Assembly (NCBI GenBank): GCA_964016885.1
Contig: OZ024741.1
Coordinates: 188,790,001-188,854,000 of the forward strand
Direction: 5' to 3'
DNA: 64,000 nucleotides
Source: Eledone cirrhosa
Lineage: Eukaryota
Within the stretch, counting starts at the first letter, position 1, and each line of letters begins with the position of its first letter. Positions 1 to 12,284 of this stretch are shown one piece after another. Below the pieces are notes generated by a model. The model was not told the origin of the DNA and searched no databases. It saw only the letters and a list, made by a program, of their open reading frames with translations. Position numbers and translations under genes: made by a program.

Positions 1-246
1 ACAAAGAATAAAAAACGCCAAACAATACATAACTCAAGGGGAAAATGGAACCTTATCGGTAAAAATGCCCCAAGAGCTCACCAAAGATATTGAAAGTCGG
101 ACAGTCGTTTTCCGCACCATCAACAACATCTCAAAAAAAAAACTCAACAACCAACACAAGCAGAAATTAAAGCAGTACTTAGAGAAGTACTTAATGAAGC
201 CACTTTCATAAGAAGAGACAGGCTGTATGGAAGCCTAGCCATTATT

Positions 247-813
247 ATGAAGAACGAATCAGCGGCAAAAAAATATGCTTTGTCGCCGATTCGTTCGACA
301 AATTTTACCTTTTATCCATCTTATATGGGTAAAAGAACTCAGCGCATATGGCTGGATGCGATGATGCCAGATATGGACTACTGCTGGCTCATAGCTGGCT
401 TCATTGATCCAGCGAATGACAACGTGATTTCCATTGGGAAAACCACAGGCAATGCGTTCAGTGGAACAGGTATAGAACTTGTAGTGCAAATGAAGCCTGA
501 ATGCATTGCCCAAATACCCGACAGAATCCTATTAGAGGGCCACGGGTATATAAACATTAGCGTGGAGGGGAGAAGGCCGTCCTGTCATATTTGTGCAGGC
601 AGAGGGCACCTGAAGGCGGTTTGTCCCCAACTCAACAAGAAGAAAACCCTGCTACCAACACCAGCTCCACCACCACCACAACAGATAAACAAACAACAAA
701 ACTCAGTCCCACCCAACCCGTCCCTCAGTAAAACTACACCACCACCACAACACAAACAGACACAACACATTACCCCAAAACAAAACAGTCCCACCCAACC
801 CCTCACTCAATAA
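247..813 (+). pseudogene. LINE ORF1 (gag-like) fragment with zinc knuckle; ORF1 region is broken by stops/frameshifts up to ~1556
   Basis: CHICAGRGHLKAVC = CX2CX4HX4C, followed by a Pro/Thr/Gln-rich low-complexity region as in Tx1-type ORF1p. Confidence 0.8.
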
Positions 814-1556
814 AACAACACAACCACCGCAGCCACAACACACAACACAGTCTAACATAGTGACATCCATCTCCCCCACAAAGAAAACCAACACGGAAAC
901 ATTACCAGCAAACATACCTCTTCCCTCCAACACTGAAGATAACCCAACGAATTCGGAGGAAGAAACGGAGTCCTTCAGACAAATTAAAAGGAAAAAAAGA
1001 AAACATGTGCAAAACACACAAGGCCAAACAGTCCCTACCCAAATGTCAACACAATCCAACAAAACACAAAAACCGCTCCAGCAACAAACAAAACCAAACC
1101 TGCCCCTCCCCTCTTCGAAACACTCACACCATCCCCAAAAAAGACATTACACTATACTTACATCAACAGAAACAATAATAAATTAAATGAACTCATAAAC
1201 AATAACCCTTCGGTACAAACCGAAGGGGTAAACTTTGTTTCTTCAGAAAACTACCCACATTTAAAATTAATAAAGATCCCAATGAACTTCTACCAAAAAC
1301 TAAAAAAGGATTTTAAGGAGGATGTATGACCACCCTCTGTCAAACCCATAAACCGCGTCCTCCTAAAAAGCTTTCCCTCTCCCCTTCCCCTCCCCAACAC
1401 AACTCCAAACACCCCAACCCCACCACACACTGACGACCCCACACCACCACAAGACACCCCTTCACCCAACACCCCCGACCCCATGGAAGTCGTGCGACCC
1501 GAACCCGGGAAGCAGAAAGGTAGGTCTCTACACTCTCCTTTGGCTTTGCCGCCCAC

Positions 1557-4500
1557 ATGGATGTGTTAAGAGTAGGATGTTTGAATGCACGTGGACTGGG
1601 CTCAACTTGGAAGCAAGCAAAGCTTCTAAATGACCTCAGGTCATGTGGTATAAATGTAATGGTTATCTGTGAGACTCGGATCAGCGTCGTGCGGCAGCTG
1701 GCCCCTACCTTCGATGACTTTGAGGTGCATGCATCTCTCTGTCAACCTGGAGGTGGGGGTGGGGTTGTCGTACTGCTGGAAAAACACCTGGGTCTTGCCG
1801 TACAGGTTGTTCACTCGGACCCGGAAGGTCGTTTGTTGGTGCTAGACGTTGGCAGTAGTGGAGGTGCGGCCTTGATACTGGTCGCCGTCTACTCCCCTTT
1901 CGGAGCTGAACGACCCGACTTCTTCCAGCGTCTGGAGACTTTTCTGGGAACGTCGCGTTCCCTGCTTCTAGCGGGGGATTGGAATGACATCCTAGATGCA
2001 CGTTGGGACTATGCAGGAGCATGTCCTAATAGAGGGGGGTGTAACAGCCTCAAGGGGTTACTCGACCGTTTTAACTTGGTCGATAGATATCGACTAGATT
2101 TTCCAACTGTGCCAACCTGGACTTGGACGAACCATAGTGGTCAATCTAGATAGTACTTAGATAGATTCTTAGTTAGAAGTAAGGGTAGGGACATATTAAG
2201 CTGTCCAGAAATGCTCACGGTTGGCTATACAGATCACAAATTAGTGACTTGCGTAGTCAATCTTGAGAAAACACATAGACAGGGTCCCGGTTACTGGAAA
2301 CTTAATTTGTCTTTACCGGCAAAAGAGGCTTATAGAAACCGGATTAGCAGATTAGTTAAGGAGAGGTTGACGGGTGCAATCGTCAACAACCGATGGTGGG
2401 CATCTCTCAAAAGAGAGATTAGAACCGAATCAATAAGTTATAGCAAGATGTTAGCTGCCGATAGGAATAGGAACGAGAAAGAATTAACAGGTAAATTAGA
2501 AGAGGCAATCAAGAGCGAAGATATGGCCAGAGTGCTGGCAGCGAGGACGGCCTTGAGCCAGTTTTTCGATGCAAAGCACGAAGGCTGCGTCATTCGAAGT
2601 AAAATACGTGCTCTAGGTAATGAGGGGGCCAAAGCCGTTGGCTGGGCCCGCGTGACAGAAGCTAAGAGTGGAAATCGATCCACCATCCGGTTTTTGCAAG
2701 ACGAGGATGGACGAGTGATCCGGGAGCCTAAGCAGATGTGCGAGGCCTTTCAAAGGCACTTTGCCCGAGGGTCCGGGCGGGGACGTGGATTTCGGTCCAT
2801 ACCTCGACGGCCTGCCGCATCTCTCGAGCGAAGAGGCAGAGTCCTGCGAGGGACCAATCTCGGCTGATGAGATCGGGGATGCGCTGAGCCAATGCAGCAG
2901 ACGCAAATCTCCAGGTCTCGATGGTTTACCTTACGAACTTTATTTAGCAATGCCGGTCTTCTTCTCCGAACTCCTCAAAGCAGTCTACTGCAATTGGCAG
3001 CAGAACGGGAGAATTCCTTGTTCTGTAGCCAAGAGCGTAGTCTCGCTGGTGAGGAAGGACGAGAACAAGGGGGATAGTATAAATAATTTTCGGCCCATAA
3101 CCCTGCTAAACACAGAGTTAAAGATTTTGGCCAAGGTGTTAGCAAAGAGGTTGGCGCTTGTCGTAGGTGGCCTGGTGGGAGATGCGCAGACATGTGCTAT
3201 CCCATCCAGGTCCATTCACGACAACCTCCACCTCATGCGATACGTCATAGAGAGGGTTGGCAACAAACGCGGCTTCGGTGGGGCCCTGATCAACTTGGAT
3301 CAGTCTAAGGCGTTCGATAGGGTCGACCATGGTTACCTGGATGCGGTGCTAGCGGCGGCTGGGTTCGGTCCTGTTTTCAGAGGCTGGATCACTGCCTTAC
3401 ATAGCAACCACATCTGTTCTAGGATCAAGGTGAACGGATACCTTTCGAAGCCGTTCGAAATCACACGATCCATTCGACAGAGGTGCCCTCTCTCCTCCCT
3501 TCTGTACGTATTGACTCTCGAGCCTTTACTGAGGAAGTTGGAGTTGTTGCAGGGTATCCCCCTGGAACCAGGATTGAGCAAAGCAGTGTCGGCCTACGCC
3601 GATGACGTAACAGTAATGGTATCGACCGACTCGGAGATCGAGGCGATCGGTACCTTACTGGAGGAATACAAAGGGTTGTCAGGAGCGAAACTGAACCTGG
3701 AAAAATCCATCGGGCTGCAACTCGGAACGTGGAGAGGCAGACCGATGCCTCCCGACGGTGTCGTCGGACACTGGACGGAGGGCCCGGTGAAGTTGCTTGG
3801 GGTCTGGTTTGGACCGGACCTCCAGGTGGAAAAGAACTGGGGCGAGGTTACGAACAAGGTGTTTGCACTAACCCAGAAATGGGTCAAGTGTAAGCTGTCC
3901 ATAAAAGGTCGGGCGGAGGTGGGGAACATTTACATAGCGTCCGTCACTTACTACCGCCTGACTGTCATGCCTTGCCCTAAGGAAACACTCACCACCATGG
4001 AACGCATGCTCTTTCAATTTCTTTGGAAGAAGCGCCCTCCTATGGTGAGAAGATCCATCTGCTGCCAACAACCTTCGAAAGGAGGGCTGGGGATGCCGTG
4101 GTTGATGCGTAAGCACGCATTAAGGCTACGGCACCTACAGGTATTCCTCACTGGTCAACCGGTGTGGGCTCTGTTCGTGAAACGAGCCTTTTCGAGACTC
4201 GTCTCGCTCACCGAGCTGCAGTCCTGGGTCAAGCAAAGATCTGGAAAACTGGGAGACTGGCACACTGAATGTGCCCAGGCGCTCAGGGCTCTCTGGCAAG
4301 CGAACCCGGCCATCGGTGGAGAATCCACCTCGTCATTCTATAGAGGGCTGGTGGCTAGCAGGGGCGATGACACCCTTGGAGAGTCGCTGGACATGGAGGA
4401 GGACGAACTGGCCAGCCTGTTCGGTAGGACTTTCGGCCCGGGACCAATGGACAACTTCCAGAAGTCACTGGCCTGGCAGTGCTACCGGGGGGCTCTACCC

Positions 4501-4974
4501 GTTCGAGAGAGGCTCTACAGACACGGACGCCCGGGCAGGGATCCCTCGAAAAAGATTTGCCCTAAATGCGTGCGTCACGAAGAAACCGTTGCGCACACAT
4601 TGGTGCACTGTCCGGGCGTGACTGATCTGTGGGGCTACGCCGAACGACTGCTGTCACGGGTGGTGCCGATTCGATTGACCGCCGAGTCCGTGATGACAAT
4701 CAAACCGCCTCCCCTCTTCACAAAGGAAGCAAAGGCGGTTTTTCTGTGCGTAATAGCCATGTTGAAAGAGGTTGTTTGGTGGACACGATTGAAAGGTTTG
4801 AGGTCAGGCAACTTCCTCTCTGGCCTTAGTCTGGTCTACTTCTTCCGATATCACTTCGGAAGAAGGATAAGAATGGAGAGAGAGGTGCTTGGCCACAGGC
4901 AGTTTTATGAAAGGTGGGTGATAGTGGCGAGAATGGCTCGTATAAATGGGCCTTCTCTGTATACCATCCTGTAG
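1557..4974 (+). pseudogene. LINE ORF2 (AP endonuclease + reverse transcriptase + Zn-binding domain), with an in-frame stop at 2151-2153 and a frameshift near 2761
   Basis: APE motifs: LNARGL, ICET, GDWN, YLDRF, TDHK. RT motifs: KSPGLDG, FRPITLLN, DQSKAFDRVDH, AYADDVT. C-terminal CPKC..ETVAHTLVHC. Confidence 0.92.
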
Positions 4975-5349
4975 GTAAAGAAGTGAAGGAGAGGGGAGCA
5001 CCTTCTCCATGTGCTCCCTGGGCAAAGGATTGCGCACTTTTTCGGGGGTGTGTGCAACCCCCATCACGTCCCCTCCCTTTTGAGGTTGTTTTTGATTATT
5101 TTCATTTTATACCCTTTTTACTCGGTTTTATGTAAACTCCCCCTTTGTATTTGTCCCTTCTTTTTATACCTTTATGGTAAATAAAGAAATCTATCTATCT
5201 ATCTATCTATCTATATACATACATTTATATGTAGGAGGTGAGTTTTATTGTAGCACAATAAAGCAATGCAAATATCGGATAAGTAGCACTCTACATCATT
5301 CTCACCACAAGAAAAACTTCACACCATTCTCACCGCAAGAAAAACCATC

Positions 5350-5790
5350 TTAGAATTCAATTATGTTAATTTTAAATCTAACCACCCCACTAACATTAAA
5401 AATGCTATAGTTAGTAATATTGGAAAAAGAATATCAAACCTATCCTCTAATAAAAATATCTTTGATGCTAACGCCAATTACTATAATAATGCGCTTTCTA
5501 AAGCCGGTTATCCTGATAAAATTAAATACAGTAAAGAAACCAATCCTAGAAGGTCTTACAGTAAAATAATTAATTATGATCATTCCAATAACTTAAATAA
5601 AAGACCTAGATACAAAAATATAATTTGGTATAATGCTCCTTTCTCTATTTCTATTAATAATAATATTCCTAAACTATTCTTTAGGGCCTTAGATAAATGC
5701 TTCCCTCCCTCACATATCTATAGTAAAATATTTAACAAACATACAATAACATTTTCCTATTCCACCTCCTCCAACATATCTCATTTGCTA
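5350..5790 (+). mobile_element. Penelope-like element (PLE) ORF fragment, RT C-terminal/thumb and linker region
   Basis: Manual translation (no ATG, so absent from the ORF track): YVNFKSNHPTNIKNAIVSNIGKRISNLSSNKNIF..YYNNALSKAGY..KNIIWYNAPFS..LDKCFPPSHIYSKIFNKHTITFSYS. This resembles the SNHP / IIWFNPPFS / KIFN..SYS signature of PLE RTs. Confidence 0.75.
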
Positions 5791-6073
5791 CACTCTGTGC
5801 GAGTATATGTGTGTGTTTGTGTAAATGTATGTGTGTGTGTTTGTGTGAATATAATCTATGAGAGTGCATTTTTGTAAGTGTGTCTGTGTTTGCACGTTTA
5901 TATTTATAAACCCAAACATATAAATGTATGCATACGGACATACACATATACACATGCACGTCAGCATGTTGAAAAAAATGTTAGTTGGTATAAAAAGGGC
6001 TAATCCAATCAAATTAATAATTTTTAAAAATATTTTTCACAAAATATACTGAGTAAAACTTTAATCTTTCCAG

Positions 6074-6160
6074 TTGAAGGCATTAAAAGAACAGCAGGAG
6101 AAAGTCTTGGACAAAAATCTTGAAAGTCTAGAAAAAGAACTTGAAAAAGAGAAAGCAAAT
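6074..6160 (+). CDS. Internal coding exon of an unidentified host gene (coiled-coil: LKALKEQQEKVLDKNLESLEKELEKEKAN)
   Basis: Polypyrimidine-CAG acceptor (tctttccag), strong GTAAGT donor, 87 bp, phase 0-0, open frame. Confidence 0.7.
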
Positions 6161-6357
6161 GTAAGTGTTGCATAGTATTGAAGAATTAAATCCTTTAGAC
6201 ATGATGTATAAAAAAAAACATGATTATGTTCTACTTTTATCTTTTTTGTTAAAATCTTTTTTCACATTTTCGTATGAGTCTATTCAAACTACAATTGCAA
6301 GTTTTAAAGCGACAGTTATATAAGCCAACAACACTTCACATCCTGATGATATGACTG

Positions 6358-6549
6358 CAGACCTGTCAACCTCAAAAAATCCAAATGGGGAGTACCTAGA
6401 AAAAATGTGCCCCAAAACAGGGAGAAATGAGGCAAAATGGGGAGATTTTACATAATGAAAGCTATACCCATTTTTACAAGAGAAGACATCTCTCACCCAC
6501 TCCAAAGTGGGTGGGAAATCTCATCTGATGGGGAGAGTTGACAGGTCTG
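6358..6549. mobile_element. MITE (hAT-like) with 13-bp TIR CAGACCTGTCAAC and 6-bp TSD TGACTG
   Basis: cagacctgtcaac at 6358 and gttgacaggtctg ending 6549; tgactg lies directly on both sides. Confidence 0.8.
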
Positions 6550-6728
6550 TGACTGTGAAAGTCTAGAAACATTGATTTGGGATAAGAAGTTTATTGTTCC
6601 AAATGGACTGCAAGGGACTCATACAAGTATATGGAAAAAACTTTTATAAAAAATATAAAACTACAACTTAAGTCATGTTTTAACACATATATTTATGCAC
6701 ATGTACATATATATATTTATAACTATGG

Positions 6729-6927
6729 ACAAAGTGGGCCAAAGGTCACTTCTTACCTATTTTCATTAATAAAACATTACAAATTAACTCAAAACTAATT
6801 TTCTTTTATCTTTAAATTAAATTTCATAATTGGATCTTTAGTCAACTTTAATTTGAAAGAAAAAAATATTTTAATAAAAAAAATTATGAATTTTTTTTAA
6901 TAGGAAGTGACTTTTGGCCCACTCTAT
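6729..6927. mobile_element. Tc1/mariner-type MITE
   Basis: Imperfect TIRs agtgggccaaaggtcacttctta / taggaagtgacttttggcccact around an AT-rich interior. Confidence 0.6.
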
Positions 6928-7506
6928 ATATAAATTTATTTATTGGGAGATGAATTTTATTCCTGTCACCACTCTGAGTTTCCCACTTTTTATTAACTGG
7001 CCATGAAAATAACTTTTAACTACATCAACTCTATGACAGCTTTTATTGAGTCCTTTGAATGTTTCACTTCCATTTAAATTTTTATTCTGAAGCCTTCACT
7101 GTATTTAGCTTGTGGCCCCATGTCCAGTTTTGCCCAATTTCATTAAAATCGAGTAGCTTCGTTAAAATTATGTGCATGAAATTATGTACCAGTAATTATT
7201 TATTTCCTTTTAATGCTCTGTCACATCCAGAAGATATTTATTAATCTAAGAAACCATTTTACTCCACTCACAAAGATGATTTTACTTGTTGCCTAGGAGA
7301 TATTTCATACTACAGCACAACACCTTCTTGACTTGTCAGAATGCACTGTATTTGGAATCCGGGTTTCTTTTTTGTGTGTGTTTCTTTTTGTTAACTGACC
7401 TCCTTCATTGAAACCATCAAACATTAAAAATTTTAGAATATCAGATGTTTCTTTTTATCTCTTTTGTGACTGTACTTCTAATGAAACACATAACTTATGT
7501 GTTTAA

Positions 7507-7720
7507 CCCTTTAGCATTTACATGACTCTATATATACTATCAAATTTTCATGGTAAAGGCTTTACCTCACATAATTATCTCTCATAATATCGAATCGTTG
7601 AGATTTTGATATTATTTATTTTGAGAACAATACCTCCTTGACAATAGTATGAGTGGCCGGTTTGAACAGAAAGAGGTGAGAGAATTTTAGCCGGATACGG
7701 CCGGTTTAAATGCTAAAGGG
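7507..7720. mobile_element. piggyBac-type MITE with TTAA TSD
   Basis: TTAA|CCCTTTAGCATTTA ... TAAATGCTAAAGGG|TTAA. Confidence 0.85.
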
Positions 7721-8769
7721 TTAAATGAATAGCAATAGTAAAAAAATAAGAAAACAATCTGTCAAAAAGATGAAATATTTTCCCATATTTCGCTTTATTT
7801 ACATTACATAATAATTCCATCGCTATATCAATTTAAATCTTGATGGTGATGATGATGATGTTGATGTTGATGATGATGATGATATTAATAATACCATTGG
7901 TCATAATGAAGATGATAATGTTGTCATCATACATGTCAACATCTACATATTGATGATACCAATAATGATTAAGATGACGATGCTGATAATGTTATTGATG
8001 GCCTTCATTGATGGTTGACATGGTCATTTCACATTAACACTAAACCACAAAAGCTCCTCAAACCCTGCACACTTTCTATAAACTCAAGAACTTGCTTATA
8101 TATTAATGAAACTTTGTGTTTGATTTTATTTTAGGCTGAAACTAAGATGAAAGAGGACATTGATGGAAAAGTGAAGAAAGCTAAAGAGTCTTGGTCTTGA
8201 ATGGTTATTGTCCATTATTTCTTTCCCACTAACCCTTCTTTGTAATTCCTTCCTTAAAACTAACATTAATACCTCACTTTTACTCTTTTTTGTAGCTCTC
8301 ACTAACACCTCTTTTTTCTCTTCCTAACACCCATTTCTCTTTCTATAACTTCACCATCACTTCTCCATATACTCCTTTTCTCTTTTTTCTTTGTTGTCTG
8401 TATGTTCTTACCTGCCAGCATAAAAATGTAATCTGATAGATCCCAACCCCCACCGTCACACCATCTACTTTCACCATCATTCTACATCCCCACACCCATC
8501 ACAACCCAGGATCACCATCCCTCTTTCCCACCCTCTCATTACCCTGTCAAACGCCACCACACCTGTCTTATCCCCATAACATATTTCTCACCCCTTCTCC
8601 TCTACATCACTACTTGAATCCCCCAGCCCACTTCTATGTGGAACTTGTAACCCTTCATCTCCTCCCCTCCATCTCTTGTCTCTTACTCATGATATACCTT
8701 TCATCCTTCTAACCTCCCCATCCTATTCCCACTCTACACCCCTCCCAAAGAGTAGAGAGGACTCTTTAG

Positions 8770-9240
8770 TCAAGTATGATTGACAACTTCTCTGGTGCTG
8801 GTGCCACCATAAAATGCACCCAGCATATTCTGTAAAGAGGATGGTGTTAGGAAGGCTTTCCAGTCATAGAAATTATACCAAAAAAGGTTGAGAGAATCAT
8901 CCAGTTACAACATAACAACCTTTCTAGAACAGGTGCCATGATAAAACACACACTGCACACTCTTTAAAGTGATCGGTGCGAGGAAAATTTTCTGGCCATA
9001 GAAACCATGCTAAAAAAGGACTGTTCAGTTGTGTCAAGGAATGACAACCTCCTTAGTGTTGGTGATCTACATGATAAACGCACCCAGTACACTCTCTAAA
9101 GTGTTTTGTAATAAGAAGGCTATCCAGCTATAGAAAACCTTTCAAAGAGTTGAGAGCAGTCTTCAGCTGTGTTGAAGGCATGACAACCTCCCTAGTGCTG
9201 CTGTCACAATAAAATGCATCCAGTGCACTCGGTAGAGTGT
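8770..9240 (+). repeat. Degenerate tandem array (about 4 x 130 bp) of a SINE-like core
   Basis: Recurring gacaacc..tgctggtgcca..taaaa..cacccagtacactct..aaagtg..aggaagg..ccag..atagaaa motif. Confidence 0.55.
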
Positions 9241-9443
9241 GCGAACATATGTAAGTGTGACATAGGGCCCTTGGGCAATCAAAGAGATCAGTTGCTAAGA
9301 TTAAGTATATGTATATGTGTACATACACAGCAGACAAGGAAGGCTAGACATTGTTCCCTTCCCCAACATAACACTTTCCCCTTGGAAAACCCCCCTGTTG
9401 ATAGATGTGAAATCCAAAATATAGGGACCAATAAATTGCTTCC

Positions 9444-11095
9444 AAGGAAATGAAAAATGGTAAGGCCGCTGGACCGTCGGGGATAGTTGCTGAGATGCTA
9501 AAGGCATCAGGAGAAGTAGGTACTAAACTGGTTGCACACATAATCAATCAAGCTATATATGGCAGTGTCAAACCCAAATACTGGTGCAGCAGTATTCTCA
9601 TAAATTGCTAAAAAGGTAAAGTGGATGCTCTGGAGAGGAGCAATTATAGGGGCATAAAGCTGATGGATCAGGTTATGAAAGGGACAGAGAGAATATTAGC
9701 GCAACTAATTAGAGAAAGGATCAAATTAGATGAGATGCAGTTTGGTTTTGTGCCTGGGAAAAGTACAACAGATGCCCTCTTCTTAGTGAGACAACTACAA
9801 GAGAGGTTCTTAGAGAAGAATAAGCCACTACACTTAGCTTTTGTTGACCGAGAGAAGGCCTTTGATACGGTACCCCGATCTGTCATCTGGTGGTCCCTAA
9901 GGAAACTAGGTGTAGAGGAATGGCTTGTGAGGACAGTGCAAGCTATGTACAGAAGTGCTGTCAGTAAAGTGAGAGTAAGAATGGAGTTTAGTGAGGAATA
10001 CCAGATACAAGTAGGAGTACATCAAGATTCGGTTCTCTTGTTCATTATAGTCCTCCAAGCCATAACAGAGGAGATTAAGACTGGCTGCCCAGGGAACTTC
10101 TTTATGCTGATGATCTGGTTCTTACAGCAGAATCAGTAGAGGAGCTAGAGAATAAATTCTGGCTATGGAAACAGCAGTTGGAATCAAGAGGACTGAGAGT
10201 GAAAATAGCTAAGACAAAAGTATTGATAAGTAGAAAAGAGGACAAAACTCTGATTCCATCAGGGAAATGGCCATGTTCGATATGTAGAAAAAGAACTGGC
10301 ATAAATTCTATAAAATGTACACAATGCAGATTGGGTACACAAGAGATGTAGTGGGATAGCAGGCAAACTAACAGGTAGGGCAAACTACGTATGCAGTAGA
10401 TGTACAGGGAAATTTGACAGTAGTAATCGCAGTGATAGACACATTTTTCAAATGCAGGTGGGTTCTATAGAAGTGGTTGATAGCTTCCAGTACCTAGGTG
10501 ATCAGATTAGCAAGGGGGGGGGGGGTGTTCCAAGGCCATAGTATTTAGAATAAGGACAGGTTAGAAGAAGTTTAGGGAGCTGCTTCTTCAGTTGACAAAG
10601 AAGGGTTTCTCCCTGCATACAAAAGGCTGGTTATATGATGCCTGTGTGAGATGCGCGATGCTGCATGGTAGTGAGACATGGGTAGCAACTACAAAGGATA
10701 TGCGACGACTGGAGAGAAATGAAGCAAGCATGCTCTGTTGGATGTGCAATGTCAATGTGTGTGAACGACCAAGCATAGATGAGTTGAGAGAGAAAGTGTG
10801 TATAAGAGGGATAAGTTGTGGTGTGCAGGAGAGAAGACTGCAATAGTATGGACATGTGATGCGTGCGCATGGAGGATGACCGCTGGATAAAGAAGTGCCA
10901 AGAAATCCCAGTTGAAGGAAGACCACGAAAAATATGGGCAGAGCAGAGGTGGTGACAGCAGACCTCAGATCATTGAAGCTCACGGAGGAGATGACGAAGG
11001 ACCGTGACAACTGGAGAGATGGTGCGCTGAATAGGACCCGTCCCACCCTTGCAAGCAGGGTAAAGCGGATGTAAAATGATGATGATCATCATCAT
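9444..11095 (+). mobile_element. 5'-truncated, decayed RTE-clade LINE (RT domain to 3' tail)
   Basis: KNGKAAGPSGI, NYRGIKL, QFGFVPGKSTTDA, AFVDREKAFD, YADDL (10103), LHGSETW, CGVQERRLQ; multiple stops/frameshifts; (GAT)n tail. Confidence 0.9.
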
Positions 11096-11109
11096 ATATA
11101 TATATATGT

Positions 11110-11157
11110 CTAACCCATGCTAGCATGGAAGAACGGACGTAAAACGATGATGATGAT
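11110..11157 (+). mobile_element. 3'-tail fragment of an RTE-dependent SINE/LINE (CCATGCTAGCATGG stem..GGACGTAAAACGATGATGAT)
   Basis: Similar to the tail of the adjacent RTE (11045-11085). Further tail relics lie near 13045-13072 and 14484-14524. Confidence 0.6.
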
Positions 11158-11414
11158 ATATATATATATATATATATGTGATATATATATATATATATAT
11201 ATTTATTTATATTCTTTTTTCAATCACCACCAATCACTTATCTGTCTCCACCAATATTATTTGATATTTTTAATTATTGAATTCTAAAAATTTGTTTTTC
11301 TCCTCCTCCTCCCTCTTCTTCTTCTTCTCTCCCTCCTCCTTCTCCTTCTCCTTTTCATCCACTTCCTCATCCTTCTCCTCTTCTTCATTCTTCTATTTCT
11401 TCTTCTATTTCCAG

Positions 11415-11486
11415 GCAGAAAACACACTTTTGAAAGATTATGAGGAGAGGATGCAGAACTTAGCAATTGATTTCGCATTACAGAAG
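11415..11486 (+). CDS. Internal coding exon of an unidentified host gene (AENTLLKDYEERMQNLAIDFALQK)
   Basis: Very long pyrimidine tract ending ttccag, AAG|GTGA donor, 72 bp, phase 0-0; compatible with the exon at 6074-6160. Confidence 0.65.
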
Positions 11487-11875
11487 GTGAACAGCAATGA
11501 CAATATCACTGCTATGTGAATTTTTAGCAAAAATATAGGAAGACTCTACACCCCTCCTCCACCGATACCAATACACCCCCCACATCACTCACCACCAAAC
11601 CTACCACCATCACAACCAGCAACAGTTACAGCACCACGACCACTAAACCACTATTACCACCAGCACCAGCACTGTTTACCATCACCATAATACTAACATA
11701 CAACAACGACAATAAGAACATCAGATATACTAAGAGAAACAATAAGAACCTGAGTTGAAATGATCTCATGGCCATGGGGAGGCAAGAGGAATAAAAACTA
11801 TACACTCATACAATTTGTAGAGGGCATATATACAATATTTACTGTATATGGATATAATGTTTAATGTGTATAGTG

Positions 11876-12099
11876 TATATATATATAAATATATATATAT
11901 AAATATATATAAATATATATATATATAAATATATATAAATATATATATATATAAATATATATAAATATATATATATATAAATATATATAAATATATATAT
12001 ATATAAATATATATAAATATATATATATATAAATATATATAAATATATATATATATAAATATATATATATATAAATATATATATATATAAATATATATA

Positions 12100-12137
<38 letters not shown>

Positions 12138-12196
12138 AATATATATATATATAAATATATAAATATATATATATATAAATATATATATATATAAAT

Positions 12197-12233
<37 letters not shown>

Positions 12234-12252
12234 AATATATATATATATAAAT

Positions 12253-12284
<32 letters not shown>

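Larger units (their letters stand above)
1..5213 (+). mobile_element. Tx1/L1-clade non-LTR retrotransposon, near full length, disabled (5' end probably upstream of the window)
   Basis: ORF1 with a CCHC knuckle, then ORF2 with APE endonuclease, RT and a C-terminal Zn motif. A 3' UTR with AATAAA (5180-5185) runs into (ATCT)n. Confidence 0.92.

Noticed and set aside
259-5135. Antisense and alternative-frame ORFs overlapping the Tx1 LINE (likewise within the Helitrons and RTE)
   Set aside because: Shadow ORFs of TE coding sequence with no recognisable motifs.
11277-11519. 80-aa Ser/Phe-rich ORF as a full CDS
   Set aside because: The first part is the intronic pyrimidine tract; only 11415-11486 looks exonic.
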